DNA from: Thiotrichales bacterium
GTDB taxonomy: Bacteria > Pseudomonadota > Gammaproteobacteria > UWMA-0217
Length of the DNA: 54,002 nt
NCBI GenBank assembly: GCA_024763135.1
Contig: JANTGD010000001.1
Coordinates: 1 to 54,002 of the forward strand
Direction: 5' to 3'
Under the pieces are notes generated by a model that saw only the letters and a program-made list of their open reading frames with translations, ran no database searches and was not told the origin of the DNA. Each line of letters opens with the position of its first letter. The first letter of the stretch is position 1. The position numbers were made by a program, and so were the translations under genes. This document shows positions 47,805-54,002 of the stretch, piece by piece.

Positions 47805-48167
47805 TTAAAACTTTAAACCTGCTTCACGCGCCGCATCGGCGAGTGCTTGAATTCGGCCATGATATTTATACCCGGACCGATCGAACGCGACCTCTTCTAT
47901 ACCCTTTTCTCTGGCTCTTTGCGCGATTAACGCGCCAACTGCTTTAGCCGCCTCAATATTGCCACCATTAGCAACTTCCACCTTCACACCCTTATCCAGG
48001 GTCGACGCGGTCGCAAGGGTTTCTTCGCCATTGGGCGCTATGATTTGCGCATAAATATGCCGCGGAGTTCTAAACACGCAAAGTCGATTATTCCTTAATT
48101 GCTTAATTTTGGATCTGGTACGTTTCGCCCGGCGTAACCGAGAAGATTTCTTTTCATTCATCTTCAT
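47805..48167 (-). CDS. rplR: 50S ribosomal protein L18
   Basis: 120 aa. [12 protein letters not shown]...[27 protein letters not shown]. The start may be at the third codon (MNEKK, 48161). Confidence 0.96.
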   Translation of the reverse strand: MKMNEKKSSRLRRAKRTRSKIKQLRNNRLCVFRTPRHIYAQIIAPNGEETLATASTLDKGVKVEVANGGNIEAAKAVGALIAQRAREKGIEEVAFDRSGYKYHGRIQALADAAREAGLKF

Positions 48168-48172
48168 ATCAC

Positions 48173-48706
48173 CTATTTCTTCTTGGCCTCTTTACGAATT
48201 ATTCGTTCATCGGCGTACTTAACACCCTTGCCTTTATACGGCTCTGGGGGACGATAAGCGCGGATTTCCGCAGCCACCTGACCCACTTTTTGTTTGTCAG
48301 AGCCTTTCACGACTATCTCGGTCTGACTTGGCGTTTCTATACTGATGCCTTCAGGAACTGGATATTCAACAGGATGAGAGAATCCTAACGTCAAATTGAG
48401 AGTTTTACCCTTGGCCTGCGCGCGATAGCCCACTCCGACTAGCTCTAACTTCTTTTCAAAGCCACTACTAACGCCAACGACCATATTATTGAGCAACGAC
48501 CTCATGGTACCCGCCATCGCGTAATCATTAGCCGCTGGATTAGCAGGGGCCAATTTGATTTCTGAGCCTTCTAAGGCTACTGATACGTTATCAACGACCT
48601 GATAGTCTAAACTACCTTTCGGCCCATTGATCTTTACCAGCTGCCCTTCGACTTCGACCTTTACGCCGGATGGCACTGTGATCGGATTTTTCGCAATTCG
48701 TGACAT
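48173..48706 (-). CDS. rplF: 50S ribosomal protein L6
   Basis: [17 protein letters not shown] start; 177 aa. Confidence 0.97.
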   Translation of the reverse strand: MSRIAKNPITVPSGVKVEVEGQLVKINGPKGSLDYQVVDNVSVALEGSEIKLAPANPAANDYAMAGTMRSLLNNMVVGVSSGFEKKLELVGVGYRAQAKGKTLNLTLGFSHPVEYPVPEGISIETPSQTEIVVKGSDKQKVGQVAAEIRAYRPPEPYKGKGVKYADERIIRKEAKKK

Positions 48707-48717
48707 GTTATTATCTC

Positions 48718-49110
48718 TTAACTAACTACACAGATCACTTCACCGCCCTGTCCGGACGCGCGCGCAGATTTGTCTGTCATCACTCCCTTAGAAGTAGATA
48801 TGACAGCAATCCCCAAGCCACCGTTAACCCGCGGAAGATCGTCTTTTCCACGAAAAATCCTTAGTCCGGGACGGCTGACTCTTTTCAAGTGATCAATAAC
48901 GCCTTTGCCTTGAAAATATTTCAACGTTACGATGAGCTCCGGCTTAGCACTCTCTTTTACTTCTACACCCGAAATATATCCTTCTTCTTCAAGCACTTTC
49001 GCAATGGCCAGCTTTTGCTTAGAAGCAGGCATTGAAACAGTTTCTTTTTGTGCTTGCTGACCATTTCTAATTCTGGTCAACATATCTGCGATTGGATCCG
49101 ACATACTCAT
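48718..49110 (-). CDS. rpsH: 30S ribosomal protein S8
   Basis: 130 aa. [16 protein letters not shown]. Confidence 0.97.
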   Translation of the reverse strand: MSMSDPIADMLTRIRNGQQAQKETVSMPASKQKLAIAKVLEEEGYISGVEVKESAKPELIVTLKYFQGKGVIDHLKRVSRPGLRIFRGKDDLPRVNGGLGIAVISTSKGVMTDKSARASGQGGEVICVVS

Positions 49111-49127
49111 TCTAATAAACCCTCGAC

Positions 49128-49433
49128 TTACCAGCTTGCCTTTACCAAACCCGGAATATCGCCTTTCATTGCAAGCTCTCTAAGCTTGTTACGTGACAGC
49201 GCAAATTTTCTATAATATCCATGTGGCCGACCGGTCAGGCTACAACGGTTTCTTTTTCGGGCGGCGCTACTATCACGAGGAAGCCTCTGAAGCTGCTCAA
49301 CCGCAGCCATTTTTTCCTCGTACTCCGTTTCCTCATTGGCGATAAGTTTCTTTAACTCCGCTCTTTTGTCAGCGTACTTTGCGACTGCCGCCTTACGTTT
49401 AAGTTCGCGTTGAATCATCGATTTTTTAGCCAT
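49128..49433 (-). CDS. rpsN: 30S ribosomal protein S14 (long, non-zinc form)
   Basis: 101 aa. [13 protein letters not shown] start, ends LVKASW. Confidence 0.97.
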   Translation of the reverse strand: MAKKSMIQRELKRKAAVAKYADKRAELKKLIANEETEYEEKMAAVEQLQRLPRDSSAARKRNRCSLTGRPHGYYRKFALSRNKLRELAMKGDIPGLVKASW

Positions 49434-49450
49434 GGGATACTCCTAATCTG

Positions 49451-49990
49451 TTAATGCCTAAAAGGAAACGAAAAACCGGCAAGTAATGCCCTGGCTTCAT
49501 TATCGTTACTTGCACTAGTGGTGATCGTGATATCCATCCCTCGTAGCGCATCGATCTTATCGTAATCAATTTCAGGAAAAATAATTTGCTCTTTAACACC
49601 CATACTAAAGTTACCGCGCCCGTCGAAACTTTTGGGATTCAGTCCCCGGAAATCTCTGATCCTTGGAATCGCAATTGACACCAAACGATCAAGAAATTCA
49701 TACATACGCTCCCGACGCAAAGTCACCTTACAACCGATAGGCCAACCTTCGCGGATTTTAAAACCCGCCTCAGACTTTCGTGCCAGAGTTACAACAGGCC
49801 TTTGTCCTGCTATTTTTTCCATATCGCCAATAGCATTCTGAATAATTTTTTTATCGCCTACCGCCTCACCAAGCCCCATATTCAGGGTAATTTTTTCAAG
49901 ATGGGGAACTTTCATGGGATTGTCATAGTTAAACTGCTCAGTCAGCTGTTTGACAATCTGATCTTTATATAATGATTTCAGTCTAGCCAT
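49451..49990 (-). CDS. rplE: 50S ribosomal protein L5
   Basis: 179 aa. [13 protein letters not shown] start; [18 protein letters not shown]. Confidence 0.97.
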   Translation of the reverse strand: MARLKSLYKDQIVKQLTEQFNYDNPMKVPHLEKITLNMGLGEAVGDKKIIQNAIGDMEKIAGQRPVVTLARKSEAGFKIREGWPIGCKVTLRRERMYEFLDRLVSIAIPRIRDFRGLNPKSFDGRGNFSMGVKEQIIFPEIDYDKIDALRGMDITITTSASNDNEARALLAGFSFPFRH

Positions 49991-49999
49991 CTTCAGGAC

Positions 50000-50317
50000 C
50001 TATTGATCAAGGACTTCATTGTTCGATTTGAAGTATCGAACCTTGCGCCCATCTTCAAGTGTTTTAAACCCAACCCGATCACCTTTACCCGTATCAGGGT
50101 TGAATAACATGACATTAGATTGGTCTATAGGCATTTCTTTATCAATAATGCCACCCGCCACACCGGCATTTGGGTTACCTTTCTGATGTTTTTTGACGAC
50201 ATTGACGCCTTGTAATAGAACTTTTCCATTATTTAGCACCTGAGTGACGGTACTCCGCCGACCCTTGTCTTTTCCTGCGACTACAATCACGTCATCGCCT
50301 TTTTTTAACCTTTTCAT
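50000..50317 (-). CDS. rplX: 50S ribosomal protein L24
   Basis: 105 aa. [18 protein letters not shown] motif. Confidence 0.97.
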   Translation of the reverse strand: MKRLKKGDDVIVVAGKDKGRRSTVTQVLNNGKVLLQGVNVVKKHQKGNPNAGVAGGIIDKEMPIDQSNVMLFNPDTGKGDRVGFKTLEDGRKVRYFKSNNEVLDQ

Positions 50318-50330
50318 GCGCCTAACCTTT

Positions 50331-50699
50331 TTACAAAACCTCTGGAGCGAGAGAGATTATCTTCATAAATTTCTCGGACCTAAGCTCTCGAGTAACGGGG
50401 CCGAAGATACGTGTCCCAATCGGTTGATGCTGGTTGTTCAAAAGCACTGCTGCGTTATTATCAAATCGAATCAATGAGCCATCTGGTCGACGGACACCCT
50501 TTGCTGTTCTAACCACCACCGCATTGAACACATCCCCTTTTTTAACTTTACCTCGGGGTATCGCGTCTTTAACGCTAACTTTAATGATATCGCCAATGCC
50601 GGCATAACGACGGTGAGAACCGCCTAACACCTTGATACACTGAACCCGTTTGGCTCCGCTATTATCTGCCACGTCCAACACTGTCTGCATCTGTATCAT
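50331..50699 (-). CDS. rplN: 50S ribosomal protein L14
   Basis: [28 protein letters not shown] start; 122 aa. Confidence 0.98.
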   Translation of the reverse strand: MIQMQTVLDVADNSGAKRVQCIKVLGGSHRRYAGIGDIIKVSVKDAIPRGKVKKGDVFNAVVVRTAKGVRRPDGSLIRFDNNAAVLLNNQHQPIGTRIFGPVTRELRSEKFMKIISLAPEVL

Positions 50700-50720
50700 T
50701 GTCTTGCCATTATCCAGTAT

Positions 50721-50981
50721 TTACTTAACAATTCTGACCAGAGACCAAGTCTTGGTCTTCGAGTAGGGACGCGACTCTTTAATCGTCACTGTATCACCCA
50801 TCTTCGCTTCGTTGCCTTCGTCGTGCACATGCAGCTTTGTTGACTTCCTCACGAACTTGCCATAAACAGGATGCCTCACCATGCGCTCGACATAAACGGT
50901 AATGGTTTTATCCATTTTGTCACTGACCACCCGGCCAGACAGAGTCCGCTCAACTTTTTGATTCTCAGCAGTCATCAACAT
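50721..50981 (-). CDS. rpsQ: 30S ribosomal protein S17
   Basis: 86 aa. [17 protein letters not shown]. An alternative ATG lies at 50975. Confidence 0.96.
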   Translation of the reverse strand: MLMTAENQKVERTLSGRVVSDKMDKTITVYVERMVRHPVYGKFVRKSTKLHVHDEGNEAKMGDTVTIKESRPYSKTKTWSLVRIVK

Positions 50982-51172
50982 TACGCCCCAGCTTTCTCGT
51001 TTAAAATCGTCTTAATCCTTGCAATGTCTTTTTTTACCCGCCCAAATTGGTGCGGGCGTGGCGCTTGTCCGGTCCCATGCTGCATACGCAAGTTAAATTG
51101 CTCTCGATACAGCTCGGTCAGTTCCTGCTGTAATTCTTGCGTTGATTTATTTCGAAGTTCTGCGGCTTTCAT
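50981..51172 (-). CDS. rpmC: 50S ribosomal protein L29
   Basis: 63 aa. [18 protein letters not shown]. Confidence 0.96.
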   Translation of the reverse strand: MKAAELRNKSTQELQQELTELYREQFNLRMQHGTGQAPRPHQFGRVKKDIARIKTILNEKAGA

Positions 51173-51585
51173 TACATTACCTGCCTTGTAACAAAGACTG
51201 TTTTAACAGGAAGCTTGGCTGCTGCGAGACGAAATGCTTCTCTTGCAGTCTCCTCATCCACCCCGTCCATTTCATAGAGCACTTTGCCGGGCTGAATGTT
51301 ACATACCCAATATTCTACGTTACCTTTACCTTTACCCATCCTCACCTCAAGCGGCTTTTTGGTAACAGGCACGTCGGGAAACATCCTGATCCAAATCTTC
51401 CCCACGCGTTTAACGTGCCGCGTCATGGCTCGGCGCGCAGCCTCAATCTGCCTGGCAGTAATCTTTCCACGACCAACTGCTTTCAATCCAAATTCACCAA
51501 AACTCACTTTGTTACCGGATTGAGCAAGTCCGCGATTACGACCTTTTTGCTGCTTGCGAAATTTTGTTCGTTTAGGCTGTAACAT
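51172..51585 (-). CDS. rplP: 50S ribosomal protein L16
   Basis: [19 protein letters not shown] start; 137 aa. Confidence 0.98.
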   Translation of the reverse strand: MLQPKRTKFRKQQKGRNRGLAQSGNKVSFGEFGLKAVGRGKITARQIEAARRAMTRHVKRVGKIWIRMFPDVPVTKKPLEVRMGKGKGNVEYWVCNIQPGKVLYEMDGVDEETAREAFRLAAAKLPVKTVFVTRQVM

Positions 51586-51597
51586 GGTTAGACTCCG

Positions 51598-52296
51598 TTA
51601 GTTGGCGCTTTTGCCTTTCTTTTTAGACGAGTTGGCTTCGCTTTGACGCTTTGCCTCGAGGTCGAATACTTCGCCTTTAAATATCCACACTTTTACGCCC
51701 AAAATGCCATACGTAGTCAAAGCTTCAGCAAAACCATAATCTATGTCTGCTCGCAAAGTATGCAAAGGCACACGCCCCTCTCTGTACCATTCACTTCTCG
51801 CTATTTCTGCGCCATTCAATCGACCACCAACATTGACCTTAACGCCGAGAGCTCCCAGTCTCATGGCATTTCCAACCGCGCGCTTCATTGCCCGACGGAA
51901 CATGATACGACGCTCAAGTTGCTGGGCGATACTTTCTGCGACCAATTGCGCTTCAATTTCGGGCTTACGAACCTCTTCGATATTGACTTTAATGTTATTT
52001 ACTGAAAACCCAAGACGACGCGAAAGGTCATTACGCAACCGTTCGATATCTTCACCTTTTTTTCCGATCACAATCCCTGGTCGAGCGGTATGGATGGTAA
52101 TCAATGCCGAGTTCGTCGATCTAGCGATTTGTATCGAGCTAACCGATGCGGAATAGAGCTTCTTTTTCAAATAGTCGCGAACTTCGACATCTTTGATCAA
52201 TAAATCCGAGTACGCACCTCGTTCTGCGTACCACTTTGAATTCCAATCGGTCGCAATACCCAGTCTAAAGCCTGTTGGATGTACCTTTTGTCCCAT
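51598..52296 (-). CDS. rpsC: 30S ribosomal protein S3
   Basis: [14 protein letters not shown] start; 232 aa. Confidence 0.98.
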   Translation of the reverse strand: MGQKVHPTGFRLGIATDWNSKWYAERGAYSDLLIKDVEVRDYLKKKLYSASVSSIQIARSTNSALITIHTARPGIVIGKKGEDIERLRNDLSRRLGFSVNNIKVNIEEVRKPEIEAQLVAESIAQQLERRIMFRRAMKRAVGNAMRLGALGVKVNVGGRLNGAEIARSEWYREGRVPLHTLRADIDYGFAEALTTYGILGVKVWIFKGEVFDLEAKRQSEANSSKKKGKSAN

Positions 52297-52308
52297 CTTA
52301 AGTTTCCT

Positions 52309-52641
52309 CTAGCTGTCGCTAACACATACTGTTATATGTGCTGTTCGTTTCAGGATGCGATTCGCACGTCCCTTAGCTCGCGCCTGAATACGTTTATATA
52401 CGGGCCCTTGGTCAACATACGCTGTTGATACCTTTAGTTCGTCAACATCAGCACCCTCGTTATGCTCAGCATTGGCAATAGCTGATTCCAGTACTTTCTT
52501 AACGATCACAGCCCCCTTTTTTGGGCTGAAACTCAATAATTCCAGCGCCTGTTCAACCGGCATACCTCGGATTTGATCAATAACGAGACGGCACTTTTGG
52601 GGTGATATTCTCGCAGATTTTAATTTTGCTGATACTTCCAT
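52309..52641 (-). CDS. rplV: 50S ribosomal protein L22
   Basis: [20 protein letters not shown]. Start placed at the internal ATG at 52641 instead of the track start at 52653, which abuts the rpsS stop. Confidence 0.95.
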   Translation of the reverse strand: MEVSAKLKSARISPQKCRLVIDQIRGMPVEQALELLSFSPKKGAVIVKKVLESAIANAEHNEGADVDELKVSTAYVDQGPVYKRIQARAKGRANRILKRTAHITVCVSDS

Positions 52642-52652
52642 CGTTGCCACCA

Positions 52653-52925
52653 TTATCTCGCCTTTTTATCAGCCACATGCCCTTTGTAAGTACGCGTTTG
52701 AGCAAACTCACCAAGTTTATGACCGACCATATTCTCATTGACCAGAACGGGAACATGCTGTCGCCCGTTATGTACTGCGATTGTCAAGCCAACCATTTCA
52801 GGGGTGATCATCGAACGCCTAGACCAAGTTTTAATGGGCCGCTTGTCATTCGCTTCCACAGCCTTTAAAACCTTCGCCATCAGATGATGATCAACAAATG
52901 GGCCTTTTTTGAGTGAACGTGGCAC
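52653..52925 (-). CDS. rpsS: 30S ribosomal protein S19
   Basis: [15 protein letters not shown] start; 90 aa. Confidence 0.98.
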   Translation of the reverse strand: MPRSLKKGPFVDHHLMAKVLKAVEANDKRPIKTWSRRSMITPEMVGLTIAVHNGRQHVPVLVNENMVGHKLGEFAQTRTYKGHVADKKAR

Positions 52926-52936
52926 TGCGCTACCTC

Positions 52937-53764
52937 TTACTTACGGTTTCTATGACGCACGATTAAGTTATCAGTACGTTTATTTTTACGAGTCTTAAAG
53001 CCCTTAGTTGGCACCCCCCAAGGACTGACTGGATGCCGCCCTCCGGATGTCCGACCTTCACCGCCACCATGAGGGTGATCAACAGGGTTCATTGCGACAC
53101 CTCTTACAGTGGGCCTGACACCTCGCCAGCGCTTGGCACCAGCCTTACCCAGTTTCTGAAGATTATGCTCACCATTGGATACTTCACCGATAGTGGCGCG
53201 GCAGTCAGCTCTCACTTTACGCATTTCGCCTGAGCGCAATCTCAGCGTCGCGTAACCACCTTCTCTTGCAACTACCTGTACCGACGCACCAGCACTTCGC
53301 GCCAGCTGAGCACCTTTGCCAGGCTTGAGTTCGACTGCATGCACAACTGTACCTACTGGGATGCTGGTTAACGGCAGCGTATTCCCCGGCTTAATCGGAA
53401 CAGATACACCTGACACGACTTGGTCCCCAGCCTTGACTTTATTTGGCGCGAGGATATATCGGCGCTCTCCATCCGCGTATAGAATTAACGCGATATGCGC
53501 ACTCCTATTCGGGTCATATTCAATTCTTTCTACGCGCGCAGGCACCGAATCCTTGTTTCGTTTGAAATCGATCACGCGGTAACGCTGTTTATGCCCACCA
53601 CCGACGTGCCGGGTGGTAATGCGCCCATCCGTATTGCGCCCGCCGGTTTTCGACTTTTTCTCGACCAGCGCAGGGTGAGGCGCCCCCTTATAAAGGCCTT
53701 TCCTTTCGACGCTTACCTGGAACCGCCTCCCGGGAGAAGTTGGTCTTGCTTTTACTGTCGACAT
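52937..53764 (-). CDS. rplB: 50S ribosomal protein L2
   Basis: 275 aa. KPTSPGRR and [15 protein letters not shown]. Confidence 0.98.
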   Translation of the reverse strand: MSTVKARPTSPGRRFQVSVERKGLYKGAPHPALVEKKSKTGGRNTDGRITTRHVGGGHKQRYRVIDFKRNKDSVPARVERIEYDPNRSAHIALILYADGERRYILAPNKVKAGDQVVSGVSVPIKPGNTLPLTSIPVGTVVHAVELKPGKGAQLARSAGASVQVVAREGGYATLRLRSGEMRKVRADCRATIGEVSNGEHNLQKLGKAGAKRWRGVRPTVRGVAMNPVDHPHGGGEGRTSGGRHPVSPWGVPTKGFKTRKNKRTDNLIVRHRNRK

Positions 53765-53775
53765 ATATTGATACC

Positions 53776-54002
53776 CTACTCAACTCCACCAAACTCAATT
53801 TCCTGACCAGCGGCAACTCTCACGTAAGCCTTTCGCCAATCGCTCCGTTTCCCCTGGCGCATCCCAAAACGCTTTTGCTTTCCCTTGACATTAACAACCC
53901 GAACAGAATCAACCTGAACATCGAACAGATTCTCGACGGCTTTTTTTACTTCCGACTTACTGGCGTCAGCAGCCACCTTGAACACATACTGATTACTGTT
54001 CT
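53776..54002 (-). CDS. rplW: 50S ribosomal protein L23 (5' end truncated by the window edge)
   Basis: C-terminal L23 sequence ([24 protein letters not shown]...SDWRKAYV). The reading frame stays open to the window end, so the M at 53985 is internal. Confidence 0.9.
   Translation of the reverse strand, partial: NSNQYVFKVAADASKSEVKKAVENLFDVQVDSVRVVNVKGKQKRFGMRQGKRSDWRKAYVRVAAGQEIEFGGVE

Noticed and set aside
1-54002. CRISPR arrays, rRNA or tRNA genes, integrases, transposases and phage or defense-system genes
   Set aside because: I scanned the intergenic regions and the ORF translations. I found no regularly spaced direct repeats, no rRNA or tRNA-like sequences beyond the rejected fragment, and no recombinase or transposase motifs. 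The only mobile-type sequences are the non-coding repeat families A, B and C.

Overview
This 54-kb window looks gammaproteobacterial, judging from the ribosomal protein, rpoA and secY sequences. Spot counts put the GC content at roughly 50-55%. The content, in order, is as follows. (1) ybeY-phoH-miaB housekeeping genes. (2) A surface-polysaccharide region: galE, a CapD/WbpM-like dehydratase and a WecA/WbpL-like initiating transferase on the minus strand, then a visibly AT-rich plus-strand island (about 7.65-15.9 kb) with wzm-wzt, a 981-aa methyltransferase/coiled-coil/double-GT2 protein, a WsaF-like transferase and two GT2 genes. This island is followed by normal-GC precursor genes (UDP-GlcA 4-epimerase, ugd, rmlB-rmlD-rmlA) and what looks like a decayed rmlC relic. 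(3) Divergent ssb and uvrA, plus a ferritin/rubrerythrin-like gene. (4) The most interesting locus: a tightly coupled 13-gene minus-strand operon (28855-39830). Its order, MrpE-F-G, MbhD, MbhE/MnhB, MrpC, two MrpD-like subunits, then NuoH-, NuoB-, NuoC- and NuoD-like genes, copies the archaeal Mbx/MBS layout. The NuoD-like large subunit keeps only 2 of the 4 NiFe cysteines. The terminal NuoI-like ferredoxin subunit is fused to a GltD-like NAD(P)H/FAD module. (5) A DUF62 SAM hydroxide adenosyltransferase gene. (6) The contiguous S10 (partial), spc and alpha ribosomal operons. Three families of MITE-like inverted-repeat elements occupy intergenic gaps, including one nested insertion. All similarity statements come from reading the sequence by eye; no searches were run.
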